Shown piece by piece: positions 41,196 through 54,472 of a stretch of 64,000 bases of DNA. The DNA is from Stegostoma tigrinum. Its lineage: Eukaryota. Every line of letters starts with the position of its first letter. Within the stretch, counting starts at the first letter, position 1. The stretch is from NCBI RefSeq assembly GCF_030684315.1, contig NC_081375.1:9740678-9804677 (forward strand), in the 5' to 3' direction. Position numbers and translations under genes: made by a program. The notes beneath the pieces are model-generated. The model saw only the letters and a program-made list of their open reading frames with translations, did no database searches and was not told the origin of the DNA.

Positions 41196-41782
41196 AGAGA
41201 CAAAAAACTGCAGATGCTGGAATCCAAGGTGGACTGGAAGACAGCAAGCTAGGCGGCATCTGGAGGAAAGGAGAAGTCATCGTTTCAGGTATTACCTGTC
41301 TTCAGAACTGGATGTGGGGGTCAGAGGTGCTTGCAGATTAAGTTGGGGGGGGGGGGGTTGGAGAGAGGAGGGGGGGGGAATAATGGAATGGTGGCAATAG
41401 GTGGGCACCAGTAGTAGGTACAACCTGGCTGGTTGATTGGAGGGATGAATCTATTTGATGGCTGGAAAGGAGGGTCAGAAGGTGGAATGGAAGGGAGGAG
41501 GTGGAGTTGGAAAGGGAGCTGAGGGATGTGAGGGTACGTTATTTGAAATTAGAGAAGTAATTTTTGAGTCCTTCGGGCTGCAAGGTGCTCAGGCGGAAGG
41601 TAAGGTGTTGGTCTTCAAATCTGACCATTCCGCTAATCCCTTCACTCCTCTCTCTTTATCTGCAGCTTCCCTTACCCCCACATCCAGTCCTGAAGAAAGG
41701 TAATACTCGAAACGTTGACTTCTCCTTTCCTCCTGATGCTGCCTGGCTTTCTGTGATCTTCCAGCCTCCTTTTTATCTACTT
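41196..41782. mobile_element. Older fold-back PLE of a second family, with a hammerhead motif in each arm
   Basis: The minus arm encodes the PLE C-terminus EDQHLTFRLSTLQPEGLKNYFSNFK*. Motifs at ~41277-41308 (-) and 41686-41720 (+; agtc-CTGAAGA...GAAAC-GTT-gact). No clear TSD. Confidence 0.8.
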
Positions 41783-41958
41783 TTAGAAACCTATCTTCTC
41801 CAATTTGTCAGAGGGTAAAAGGGGGAAAGAAACATCACATTACGCATGAGTTTGTAATGTGTCATTCTAGAATTCAGTGCAAAGTATTAAAACCTGCAGA
41901 CTGTCATTGCCTGACACATCACATTACTGCATTCTTCAGCTGAAATATATTACTGTCA

Positions 41959-42147
<189 letters not shown>

Positions 42148-42255
42148 CTAGGATCAAGGAATATCAAATAACAAATGTTTGAATTAATGTTATCGTAAGC
42201 ATCATGATTTGCTCACTTTAAGCTGAAAGTCACCTGCCAACATATCCATTCTATA

Positions 42256-42799
42256 AGAGATAATGGGAACTGCAGATGCTGGAGAATCCAAGATAATAAA
42301 GTGTGAAGCTGGATGAACACAGCAGGCCCAGCAGTATCTCAGGAGCACAAAAGCTGACGTTTCGGGCCTAGACCCTTCATCAGAGAGGGGGATGGGGTGA
42401 GGGAACTGGAATAAATAGGGAGAGAGAGGGAGGCGGACCGAAGATGGAGAGAAAAGAAGATAGGTGGAGAGGAGTGTATAGGTGGGGAGGTAGGGAGGGG
42501 ATAGGTCAGTCCAGGGAAGACGGACAGGTCAAGGAGGTGGGATGAGGTTAGTAGGTAGGAAATGGAGGTGTGGCTTGGGTTGGGAGGAAGGGATGGGTGA
42601 AACGAAGAACAGGTTAGGGAGGCAGAGACAGGCTGGCCTGGTTTTGGGATGCGGTGGGGGGAGGGGAGATTTTGAAGCTGGTGAAGTCCACGTTGATACC
42701 ATTGGGCTGCAGGGTTCCCAAGCGGAATATGAGTTGCTGTTCCTGCAACCTTCGGGTGGCATCATTGTGGCACTGCAGGAGGCCCATGATGGACATGTC
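42256..42799 (-). mobile_element. Young 5'-truncated single-arm PLE with 13-bp TSD
   Basis: tatccattctata at 42243-42255 and 42816-42828. Encodes the endonuclease C-terminus (EQQLIFRLGTLQPNGINVDF) and has a full tail. Confidence 0.9.
42353..42385 (-). ncRNA. Minimal hammerhead ribozyme motif
   Basis: Same motif as 14604-14636: CUGAUGA-A-GGGU(CUAG)GCCC-GAAAC-GUC. Confidence 0.75.
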
Positions 42800-44019
42800 A
42801 ATTCTATATCCATTGTATCCATTCTATACTTGCCTCAAGTTTCAAAAGATGAAATATGACCAAGACTTCAAACTTCCCTGGGGAGATACAGCAGATCTTT
42901 CTTGGAGTCGTTTAAATATTACTTGGCCATACTGCAGCAACTACTTTTGGCACACAAGTCATGAAAAACCCCAAAGTATACTTAGCAGCTAGCTTTGTTT
43001 GACAGTTTGGTTAGTCTTATTTCCTTTCAATCAGGGTATATTCAGGAATATCATTGTCTTATTAACAAATGGCTCTCTCTTATTAACCCTCCCTCATCCC
43101 CATACAGATGCCAAAGATAGATAACTGGTACCTCATTCATTATTTTGATCTTCATCCATTCACTTCTGACATGTACACAAACAATGTCAAGATTTATAGA
43201 ATCATATCACAAATATATTGCACTGTGAACTATTCCACAACTTTAGGGAGAGCTGTTCATATGGGTGACACAAACAGGGAACTGGATCAAGTAGAAAACT
43301 ACTCTCAGAAGTATGACAAACTGGAAAATGTGCCAGACTTTAAAACAATGCGGACAAGCATGTAGATGTTGTATAAACATAATATGCACAAGAGGTGCCC
43401 GTATTTGCATGGATCTAATGCTGAGTGCAAGATGGACCCAGTGGAGAATACAGTTTGAAAAGAAGTGTTTGAAAACCCACTTGCATTGAAGTCTTTGGAT
43501 CAGTGACTAAGTGGATGATTCACTGTCAGGATTTGGTGCACCAAAGACATATCTATTGTGAAAAACTTTTCAGCAGGTTCCGAGATCCACACAGTGGAGA
43601 ATGAGATTGATTTTAGCAGCTCCTTTCTGGGTGAACAAGGACCAGCCACAACAGCATCAGGGAAGAAAACAGACACCTCCAGTGATGCCACTAAGGCTAA
43701 CTGAGAACAGACATGAACACAACCATATGCACTGCGCAGACTGTAAGGCCCAGGGTCATGGACCTCCAGTTTGTTAGGAACAGTGTTTAAGAAAGCAGTA
43801 CTTCAGCAGTTCAGCTGAGACCGCCCAGTGCCACCTGCGACAGTCAGGTTAATAACACAGTTGAAAGCATGGGTGAAAGATTGCACAAATACAGCCAATA
43901 TCAAGTTGCAATAATCAAAAAATTCAACAATAACAAATCTTGTTTCAAGGCATGCAATCTGCTTTGAGCAGGTACCATGTCTTCAAGTCATCTTGCCCTC
44001 AAAATAAATGAGCTGCCCA

Positions 44020-45130
44020 CTTGTCCTACAAATCATTCAGACGACTTACCTCTCTTTTAACCAGCAGGGTTATATAAACAATCCTCCAATCTACAAGAAC
44101 AATTCCAGAGTCTACAGAATCTTGAAAGATGATCACCACTGCATCTATGATTTCCAGGACCACTTCCTCAAGTTCTTGAAGGTGTGGATTACTGGGCCCT
44201 GGAGCTTTATCAGCATTTATTCTCATCAATTTATCCAACACCATTTCCCTATGAATACCGATTTCCTTCAGTTCCTCCTTTCACTAAATCCATGCTTTTT
44301 GGATGTTATTTATGTTACATTAATGCATTTGCCCACTACTCAACACTTCTAAATCACACGTATGCATCTCTGCATCCTCCTCTCAGTTCCCCTCCAACTC
44401 AACTTTGTGTCATCTGCAAACTTGGAGATATTACATTTAGTTCCATCATCTAAATCATTACTGTGCTGTGAATATTGGGGTCCGAGCACTGATCCCTGCA
44501 GTACCCCAACAGTCATTGTCACTAAGAAAAAGACCCACTTATTCCTACTCTTGTTTTTAACGTGTCTATAGAATGCCTGGAGGTTCTCTTTGACTCTACT
44601 TGCCAAGGTCATTTCATGGCACCTTCATGCTCGCCTAATTCCCTGCTTAAGTACTTTCCTGTTTCCCTTAAGTTACTCACTGTCCCTGTCCGATTTTAGT
44701 TTCCTAAGCATCACATACGCTTCTTTTTCCCTTTTGACTAAAATCACAACCTCCCTCATTATCCAAGGGTCCCTTACCTTGCCATCCTTGTCCTTCCTCC
44801 TTACTGGAACATGCCAGTCTTGAACTCTCCCGAGCAGGTCTTTCAACAGTTCTCTCATATCAAATGTGGATTTGTCTGATAACAGTTCTTCCCAGTTAAC
44901 ACTTCCTAGCTCCTACTCAATATGTAATTTACCCTCCCTCAATTTAGTAACTTCCCGCAAGGTCCTGACTTAATCTTGTTCATAGCTATCTTAAAACTTA
45001 AGAGTTCTGATTACTGTTTGCAAAATACTCTCCCATTGAGCGGTCAGTCATTTGACCAACACAAGGTCCAGTATGGCCCCCCTCCTTGAGTTGGTCTATC
45101 CACATTTTGTTTCAAGAAATTTTCTTGGAC
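44020..45130 (-). mobile_element. Rearranged old CR1-like LINE ORF2 fragments
   Basis: ORF-track pieces ADKAPGPSNPH, GVLQGSVLGPQ/ISKFADDTKL and HVPVRRKDKDGKVRDPWI. Confidence 0.8.
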
Positions 45131-45337
45131 TGTATCGTTCAGTTATTTTGCTGGAAAGCATCTTCAGGTCACTGACACAACCCTTATAACATCATACAAA
45201 TGAATGCGTTTTAAAATCAACATATCATTAGTTACCATTCAATTCTCAAAAAAAAACTGTTTCTTTTTTGAAAGAAGTGAAGATAAAGTAGAACACTGTC
45301 AGTGCGTGCTGAAATATTGTTGGAATAGAAGGCTCAC

Positions 45338-45517
45338 CTTGTATCCTGCTGTTTCAGTATGTGTTTGACTGCCTGAGCCAGTGTAAATGTTTTTCCTGTT
45401 CCATACGGACCGATGATGAGAACAGGAGGAAGTGGGATGGAAAGTGGAGTTGTGATTGCCAGAATAGCCTCCTTCTGTTTAGTATTTAGCCGGGGATCCA
45501 ACTGCTCATCCCATTGT
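45338..45517 (-). CDS. HELZ: HELZ coding exon (180 nt) with Walker A / motif I GPYGTGKT
   Basis: ORF 45334..45534: [59 protein letters not shown]. Acceptor gagtag|A, donor AG|gtgagc. Confidence 0.96.
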
Positions 45518-46612
45518 CTACTCCAGTAAGACAAAACAAAACAGCTATTTGCAACTTATGTAGCCCTTAAAGCCAGCATGTCTTAAAATGTCAGTTTTTT
45601 TTAATAAATGCTTTTTTACAACATCCCAATCAAGATATACCAATTTATACAGATGCTCCCGACAAATAAAAACTACATTTAGAAATAAATACATTCATAA
45701 TGGAAAATCAATTGCTGCAGTTTGACACACCCTCTTAAAGCTTGACAAATTTATCCCATTTGGGGTGTTGTATCAAATTAATCAGCCAAAGAATCTTGTT
45801 AAAAGACAGAAAGGATGATTCTTTGTAAAGGCTCCAATATTTTCCAAAAACTGGGTCATAAAGGAGGACCATCTGCTTCTTGATGAGGACCTTGGACCAA
45901 CCTTTTTATTTGGAATTCATTTAGTTTGAACAGTACAAATTGGACACTTTTACACTAAGCTACAGGGTCTATAGTTTTAGTTGGTGCATAAAGTGTAATT
46001 ATTCTCTCAGCACTGTGTAAGTAGCAGGTCTATTCTTCTTGCAGCACTTTATACAAGAGAAGGCAGCAATTTCTTGAGCATTTTATGTTAAGTTGAAACA
46101 GAAGAATCTCATTCAAGTGAGTAGATGGGAACTAGGCACAAAATGCTAATTAGACTAAATATTTGCAAGTGGAAAGCTTATGCTGTGTGGACTCATTCAA
46201 AAAACCTTGTTGGGGTTTATGAATGCAATTAAAAGCATTCTCCATATTTTTTGGATGTTTTATCTAATCAGTGAGCTTCTAATTTTAAAAAACTTTAAAT
46301 ATGAAAATCAATTAGTTACATGCTGCTAGCTGCACACAAACTATTAATCACAATTAACAGGTTAAACACCACCTCCTGACATTTTCTGAATTTATGCATG
46401 AATTATACATGAATGCAAATTATTGCGATCCACTCTTCTCTTGGTCACAGGAGCAGTCAATCCAATCTTATCTTTTTGAAAAGATGGATGAAGGGCTAAG
46501 AAATGTAGCCAATTCTATATAATAGCTTCAATAAAGCCATCTGAGACCAACTGCATGTGTGATGTAATATTAATGCCACATTCTCAAGGGCCACATTGTT
46601 GGCACACCATAC

Positions 46613-46743
46613 CTGATGGGACTCCAGGGAATTGTAGGAAACATGCAGACATCTGGAAAGAGAATGCTGTTGTCCTTGATTCTGTCCAGGGCATAATGCA
46701 TTTCACAGAGAGGCAAGCGGTTAAGTTGAAACTGAAGTTCAAC
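46613..46743 (-). CDS. HELZ: HELZ coding exon (131 nt; [43 protein letters not shown])
   Basis: Not in the ORF track; read manually from the reverse complement. Acceptor tttatag|GTT, donor AG|gtatgg; phases 0/2 fit both neighbours. Confidence 0.95.
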
Positions 46744-47614
46744 CTATAAATCAATAAGGTAGTTGTAAGCAGTTCAAAAAATGCCCACTAAATAAGTACC
46801 AATAGTCTTGCATCAGCCTCAGTACACTGTGTCTTAACAAAAGCAAACTGACATAATAATAAACAGGGACTGCGAATGCAGCTTACATGCACAGTACTAA
46901 AAAAGAACAAGTTTTTAAATCAATACAGTTTATTTCCAAAATCTGGTTTTCAGTCATATAACAGGAGGCTGAAAATAAGTGCCATGCATACACCGTGAGA
47001 TGACATCAACGTTATACATGGTGAAAGGAGTAGTAGTTACTTGAGGAGATTCCCAACATACCAGAAATTGAAGCTGAAAAGCATGAATGGAAATTGTTTT
47101 TCCAAGGACCTTGATACAGGCAAGCAGGAATAAATTTCAAATAAACTAACACAATTCTTACTTTTGCATAACAAATCAGTTGTTGGGTTCAATCATTCCT
47201 TCAACAGTTGACAGCTGTTATAAACGCACACTGGAAAAGGTGGCAGGCACATTAATGATATCACCTTAATGCATGGGGAAGGGAAAGAGAACACTCATCT
47301 TTGGGCTGCTTACCAAACCTTCGGATGCAAACAGAATTGTGGCCCATCAAATTAAACTGTTGTTGTCCCAATCATATTAAAAACATTAACTGTTTTAGGA
47401 AATTAATATTATTGCAATTGTTTATTGCTGCAGGACTAAAAGAACAGACCAGAATTCAATCTTTCAACTACTCCAACATTCAGAAAGCTCACAGTTGACA
47501 TTTCATCTTGATTCCACTTTCCGGCACTGTTCCTCTGGATTCCTGTAGCACCCAAACATCAAATAAAAATCTAATTTACATGTACTCAAAAACTTAGCAT
47601 CCACTACATTTTGA

Positions 47615-47885
47615 GGCCACAAATCACCAGATTGTAGTCCAATGGGTTTATTTAAAAACACAAACTTGCGGAGTCTTACTCCTTCTTCAGATGTTAGTGA
47701 AAAAGGTAGTATCAGACCTAGAATTTATAAGCTAAAGATCAAAGGGTCACATTCTGTGTCTGATACTACGTCTCTCACTAATATCTGAAAGCTTGCGCTC
47801 TCAAATAAACCTCCTCAAATAAATACCATAACCTGGTACTGTGAGATTTCTGACCTTGTCCACCCCAGTCCAACACTGGCACCGA
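47615..47885. mobile_element. Degenerate fold-back PLE ends (third family) with a hammerhead-like motif
   Basis: Minus strand CUGAAGA-A-GGAG(UAAGA)CUCC-GCAAG at ~47665-47692. Inverted partner (gaaagcttgcgctctcaaataaacct...ataacctggt) at ~47785-47885. Confidence 0.6.
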
Positions 47886-49329
47886 TATTTTGAGATACAG
47901 AATTCTAAAAACTGACAATTGATGGAAGAAAATTGTCACTACCACATACGGAGGACATAGGCCCTGATTACGGACCAATGAGCTAGGAAAAACATCCTTT
48001 CAGTACTTATCCTATCAAGCCTCTTAAAATTTTTTATAGAGAATGCTAAAATTACTCATTCTTCTAAACTCTGGTTATATAGGCCTAGTTTGTCCAATAT
48101 CTCCTCATAGGTTAAGCTCTTTCCTAAGAATCACCATCAAGTGAAGCTGACTAAACTCGAAAATTATGACTGTATCATAGATTACATCAGCACTCAGAAA
48201 CTACAAACTTTTACTTACAGCTATTAGTCTTTTCAATCAAAGTTGTTTGAATAAGATTTCCCTAACTAAACATTGTTGATTCTGTAAAAGACAAATTACA
48301 GGTAACTAATCTGTAGTTATCTGTAACATCTATGTTAAAGTACAGACTGCTTTCTGCAGCGTTGCAACAGAATGTGAGATTTTTTAAAAAGCTACTTTTA
48401 CATCTGTAGAATATTTTACAAGCGTAGCTGAAGTGCTTGCCTCTCATTTTATAACAGGATGTTGCCTGTATTAGCTCTAAGGAGACGTTGGACAAACTTG
48501 GATTATTTTGCTAGTGTCAGAGGCTGAGGGGCAACCAGATAGAAATATATAAAATTATAACAGCAACAGATAGGGTGGATAGTTGGAGTCTTTTGCTCAA
48601 GGTGGAAATATGAAATACTAGGGGTGATTGTTTTAAACTTTTCCCCTACCACCTTAAACCTATGAATCATGTGTAGAAAGATGGAATTAGTTAGAATGGC
48701 ATCATCCTGAGGACAGACAAGGTGGGCCAAAGGGCCTGTTCCTATGCTGTATGTTCAATGTTCTGAAACAGTCAAAGCCAAGAATTAAAATCATAATGCA
48801 GAGTGAAATGAGCTTTTCTTTCGTTTTATAGTGCTTAACTATAATTGAAGCTTGGTGGAGCACTTAGCTCTTTTACTTCAAACCTGAAGCAGATCTCTGA
48901 AGATCACAAAATGACAGTCAAAATCAAATGCGGAGATATGACAGTGCACAATAAGAGGCATCTACTCAAACTAAAACTGTATGGCAGACAAAGAAAACAA
49001 ATCAAGTGGTCCATCAATGAACTAACTTACAATCACATTTATTAACTTATGCACCGCAGTTCAAAACCCTCAACTGAAAACCAGCATCAAGTTAATGAGG
49101 TAAAATTTTATGCCGAATCATGTCTTTCCAACTGTATTTTTTATACCTTCACTCGTCAGATATCTTTCTTTATTCTTTCATGTGGTGTGGGAACAACTGG
49201 CAAGGCCAAATATTTTGGACCAATCCTAAATACCTTTCAATTGAACTGCTTCCTGAACCATTTCGAAGGTGAGCCACATTCTTGTGGGTCTGAAGTCACA
49301 TGTAAGCCAAAGCAGTTAAGGACTGAGTC

Positions 49330-50772
49330 ACAGAGATTCATAGAGAGGTACAGCACAGAAACTTTGGCCAAACTCATCTATGCCAACCAGAACTAAATTA
49401 ATCTAGAGATAACAAGGTGTAGAGCTGGATGAACAGAGCAGGCCAAGCAGCATCATTCTGAAGAATTCTGAAGGAGGGTCGAGGCCCGAAACGTCAGCTT
49501 TCCTGCTCGGCCTGGTGTGTGCAACCAGCTCTACACCTTGTAAACTCAGATTCTCCAGCATCTGCTGTTCCTACAACCTCTAAATTAATCTAGTCTCCTT
49601 TCCCAGCATTAGCCTCATAACCCTCTTAAACCCTTCCTACTCTCATACCCATCCAGATGCTTTTTAAATGTTGTAATTGTACCAGCCTCCACCACGTCCC
49701 CTGACAGCTTATTCCATATGTGCATCACTCTACACCCCTTAGGTCCCTTTTAAGGTGAAGGGGGGTAAGATTTAAACTTACGCTCTCTAGTTTTGGACTG
49801 CCCTACCTTGGGAAAAAGACCTTGTCTATTTACCCTATCCATGCCCCTCATGATTTTATATACCACTATAACGTCACCCCCAACCTCTGATGCTCCAGGG
49901 AGAATAGCCCCAACCTATTCAGCCTCTCCCTATAGCTCAAACCCTCCAACTTTGATAACATCCTTCTAAATGCTTTCTGAACCTGTTCAGTTTCATAACA
50001 TCCTTCCATCGTAGGGAGACCAGAATTGTGCACAGTATTCCAATAGTGCCCTAACCAATGCCCTGTACAGCCGCAACATAACCCCCAAACTTCACAACTC
50101 AATGCAGAGTGCTAACGCCCTTCTTCACTACTGTATGTACTTGCGACTCCACTTTCAAGGGGCTATGAACCTGCACTTCAAGATCCCTTTGGTTCAGCAA
50201 CACTCCCTCAGATCTCATCATGAAGTGTAGAAATCCTGCCCTGATTTGCCCGACCAAAATGTAACACCTCACACTTATCTAGATTAAACTCCAACTGCCA
50301 ATCCTCCGCCCATCAGTCCTTCTGATCAAGGTCCCGTTGTACTCTGAGGTAACTTTCTTCACTGTCCACTGTACCACCAATTTTGGTGTCATCTGCAAAT
50401 TTACTAACCATATCTCCTATATTCTCATCCAAATCATTTACTTAAGATAACAAAAAGCAATGGACCCAGCACTGACCCTTGTGGCATACCATTGGGTCAC
50501 AGGCCTCCAGTCCAAAAAGCAACACTCCAACACCACCCTCCATCTCCTACCTTCCAGCCAATTTTGCATTCAAATAGTTTGCTCTCCCTGTGTTTTCTGT
50601 GATCTAACTTTGTTAACCAGTCTACTATGTGGAACCTTGTCAGACACCTTACTGAAGTCCATACAGACAATGTCCACTGTTCCACCTTCATCAATCCTCT
50701 CCGGCACTTCTCCAAAACACTCAATCAAATTAATAAGACACGATCTCGCACATATAAAGCCATGTTGATTAT
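49330..50772 (-). mobile_element. CR1-like LINE (RT to 3' end), degenerate
   Basis: ttggtgtcatctgcaaatttact (KFADDTK); translation RRMLSKLEGLSYRERLNRLGLFSLE. Confidence 0.88.
49407..49579. mobile_element. 173-bp miniature fold-back PLE with 14-bp TSD
   Basis: TSD ctaaattaatctag at 49393-49406 and 49580-49593. Inverted terminal arms surround CTGAAGG-A-GGGT(CGAG)GCCC-GAAAC-GTC. Confidence 0.85.
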
Positions 50773-51621
50773 CCTTTTCTAAAGAAAACTGGTAAATTAC
50801 ATAGAATTTTCGGACTATTGATGATTGCTTCAGTCACCGTACCAGAGATGAGCTTTAAATTCAATTCCTAAATCTGGAATATAAATTTAACCAGCTGCCA
50901 TCATTAAAACATCAAACCTCAAAAGATATCTGTACCAACATTTGGTACTGACATTTAGCGCTCTAGAGCCTGACAGATTTTGACCCCTTTGTTGTCTGTA
51001 TGGCAGTACCTTTCCTTTTTGAATCAAAAGTTCAAATTACAAATTGTAGTCGATAATGCCAACACCATTAATGGCATTGTGAAACCAAAGTTATCTGGTA
51101 TTTGAAACTTGATTCAAACTTTATTATTTACACTGAACCAGTGAAATTCAGTTCAATTCAAAGCAAACTTTCCATCTTTTAGACTTGTTCAGTTTGACTA
51201 AAGAAGAGCAATTATAAGACCTGCACTGGATTAGATTAAAATTCACGAGTTAAGGTTTTGACAATTTTACATTTTTTAAAGAAATTAACTTTTTGTACAG
51301 TTGTTCTCATAGCTGTGCCCCAGAAGTTTCATATTTTTTCTCCAGCCAAGAACAAAGTGTGGAAAATGCTTATCTTGCTCTGCCAGTTTTCTCCTTAAGG
51401 TATTTATTTATGCTGTAGTACAGACCCATAGACACCTTCTGGAAATTCATACCAGCAGTTAACTGACAATAGGAACTATTATATACAAAAAAACCTGATC
51501 CTCTCCATGCCTGATGGCCAAAGAAAAATGAAAATCAATGTCAATTTTCCTCTCCTAATTGAGGAATTATGGTACCAATTTTAAACAGCCGGAATACAAA
51601 AGGAAAACACTGCTGATCATA

Positions 51622-51712
51622 ACTCTGATCAAAGATCACTGACCTATGACACTAATGGTATTGCTCGCTTCACAGCCTGTCTGACTGAGTATTGCCAGCA
51701 TTTTGCATTTTT
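51622..51712 (+). mobile_element. Highly degenerate PLE 3' end
   Basis: tctgatcaaagatcactgacc...ctgagtattgccagcattttgcattttt resembles the 22254-22366 family terminus. Confidence 0.4.
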
Positions 51713-52627
51713 TCTCCTAGAATGCTGCTTCAGCTGATACGCCAGTCTTTGCTGCACTTCTTCCAAAATGGGACCCTCATGTTAATTGTTCATTGTGTTA
51801 ACCATTCTGGACCATGGCCAAAGTTTTCACTGTGTTGAAACAATGTCTATTCTTCAGAAATCGAGAAACAGATGTGGCAAGTTCGATAAGCAGAGTCTCA
51901 AATAATCATAAAAGCAACAGTCTTCTTTACATCCAAAAGGTACAATTAATTCTTCTAGTCTAGACATTTATAACATTGTTGTGAACTATGCAAATTTCAT
52001 CACTGCTAAGGTAGCAGCATGACATTAAAATCTGAAGACAATCTATTCAATACATAACAATGATGCCAAGGCATGTTTGCTGTTCTAAGCTAAGAAGGTT
52101 TCAGATTGAGCCCTAGTATTAGGCAGTTTACAGACATCACCTGACCTAAAAATTCAAACCCATAAATTATACCCTTTTCTTGTATACTTTCTTCATTGTA
52201 AGTTGTTTTAGTTGTCTTCAAAGTGTGATCTGGTATAATTTGTAATGTTTAATGATCAAAGCAATTGCCAAGCTGACCATGGACCTGTCGGAGGTGTAAG
52301 ACATTAGTCACAACATAACACAGATACTGGCCTTTTAATACATCGCTCATCCATTCTGCTGGTTAGAAAGGCTACATTTCATGGGAGCAGCTTGAAACAT
52401 TATGAAGATAATCACATGAAAAATGTTAAGATGAAAAATCTAAGGATAAATATGAAGCCATCAGATGAAGGTGTCTAAGCTCCTTGTGTAAAAAAAATGC
52501 TTGCCTCTCCACAGGTAACACTTTGTCCAGACGATCCTGTGGCAACAATCCTGTACTATGCCAACCACTTTATTAATGAATATAGCAAACAGAAAGGTAT
52601 AAAACAAGCAGTAGCAACATAAATTAC

Positions 52628-52961
52628 CTGCATTTCTCTGTCTGCCCGCAGTTTTAGCTCCTCACAGCAATCCTTGGTCAACCTCAAGTAAATGCATTCC
52701 TTAGTTTTTTCCTCAATCATGGCTTCGTAAACTTTTTCTTTGGTACCCTGGGCTTGCATGGACCTCTCTTTAGTTATTGGCAACAGCAAGACAGAATTGA
52801 CTTTCGTCATTACCAATCGTCCAGCCAAAGTTTCTTCCGAAAGAGTCTCAGTGAGTTTGAAGCGAGCAAAAAGTTGTCCACCTTGAGCATATTTAGCACC
52901 TCCAGAAACACCAGTAAGCATGAAGTTTGCGACCAGATATAAATTTACTTTAATGTTGAAC
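52628..52961 (-). CDS. HELZ: HELZ coding exon, first in window (334 nt; [31 protein letters not shown]...ADREMQ)
   Basis: Translation matches vertebrate HELZ as recalled ([39 protein letters not shown]). Acceptor tttacag|G, donor CAG|gtaatt; phase 2 in, phase 0 out. Confidence 0.95.
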
Positions 52962-53371
52962 CTGTAAATTTAAAAGAAATGACATTACAAAGGCAAAAAT
53001 ATCAAGCATTTATACAACGTTTAAAATTAAACCATGGTGATCAAATGTACAAATTCAATTGTTTCCCCATTAAGAAAATTACATTGATGTAACATGTAGA
53101 AAGAAGTGGTTTTGAACATTGTGTAAAACACACACATAAGATGGGTTTCCACAGCAGGTAATTTGCTTAATGTTAATATCAACAGCAAATCAATCACCAG
53201 CTAAACCCAATATTTTTTTGCCATCCATTCCTCCCAACATTGGTACATATAACTCCCAGACTGAAGGCCATCTAACAACCCTTCAACATTGAGATCTGAG
53301 GGAGCTATTTCCAACTGATATTTCCTGAGTTCAAGATCTCAAAGCTGAGGAAGTGATAAACATCTGAAAGA

Positions 53372-53775
53372 AGTTTCTTTCACAAGTTCCGTACATCCCT
53401 AAGCGCTTTATAATGAGTGAAGTATTTTTGAACTATATTTGATGCTGTTGACAAAACTGCAGTCAATTTGTGCACAGCGAACTCTCACAAATAACACTGC
53501 AATACAAACGGATACATTGTTTTACTGACCCTGATTCAAGGATAAATATTGACTGGAACACAGGAGAAGTGTCAGTGTTCTTTTTTGAAATAGTGCCATG
53601 GGATCTTTTCTTTCACCTGAGAGAGGTGCTTGTTCAGCATCTCATCTGGAAGATGGCACTTCCAATATTTTAAGTTGTAATCTTCATATTGCCTTATAAT
53701 GCTAGCCTAGGCTTTTGCGCACACGTCTATGTAGTAATTTGAAATTCTAAATCAGAGGTTAAAATGCCAGTCAGA
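53372..53775 (-). mobile_element. Deu-domain SINE
   Basis: Reverse-complement Deu core tttgaaatagtgccatgggatctttt...cacctgagag...catctcatctggaagatggcacttcc. Confidence 0.8.
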
Positions 53776-54202
53776 AGGGATCAAACTAGACTGGGTGAAG
53801 GTGCTGTTGAAAATCAATCATGGAGTGATAAATGAGAGAAAGGTTGCCTCTATCAATTGTTAATTAGTTTCTGAAAAAAGGCATCAGTTGCAAGTTGATA
53901 CCTGGTTTCTTGTACCATTTAAATACTGCAGTGTCTAGGAAATTAATGCTTTCTTTGTGTGTTGTGGTTTTCAGTTTGATGGAGGCACGATGATAATTAT
54001 GGATATTAGTTCAGCTTCTGAGAGTTCAAGTACCCAAAATATGAACAAAATACAGAAAGCAATGCTATTGTGGGACTCATCAGCAAACAAATGAAAAAGA
54101 ATTAAAAATTCTCACAAAAAGAAGCTTAGACAGAACCAATAACGGTAAAGGACTGAAAATTAAACAAGAATCGTTACATTAATGGGACTACCCTGTAAAC
54201 AT

Positions 54203-54472
54203 GGCAGTACGGCAGCTTGGTGGTTATTCAATTCCAGCCTGAAGCGACTATCTGTGTGGAGTGTGCAGATTCTCCCCAAGTTTGCGTGGGTTTCCTCCCA
54301 CGGTCCAAAGACGTGAAGGTTAGGTGGGCTTGCCTAACTAAATTGCTTGTAGTGTCCAGGGATGTGTAGGTTAGGTGGATTGGGAAATGGTCTGGGTGGG
54401 ACACTCTTTGGAGAGTTGATGCAGACTCATTTGAGCCGAATAGCTTGTTTCCACACTGTGTAGGGATTCTAA
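54203..54472 (+). mobile_element. HE1-like SINE, degenerate head
   Basis: Body gcgactatctgtgtggagtgtgca...gggtttcctccca...aaagacgtg...ccacactgtgtagggattct. Confidence 0.75.

Larger units (their letters stand above)
49175..50900 (-). mobile_element. tRNA-derived SINE split into ~49175-49325 and ~50772-50900 by a CR1 insertion
   Basis: Same family as 27742-29731 (gccacattcttgtgggtctgaagtcacatgtaagcc). Confidence 0.55.

Noticed and set aside
43230-43760. Possible Gypsy integrase C-terminal remnant (VRI.APKTYL-like)
   Set aside because: Similarity needs frameshifts and is too weak to call without a search.
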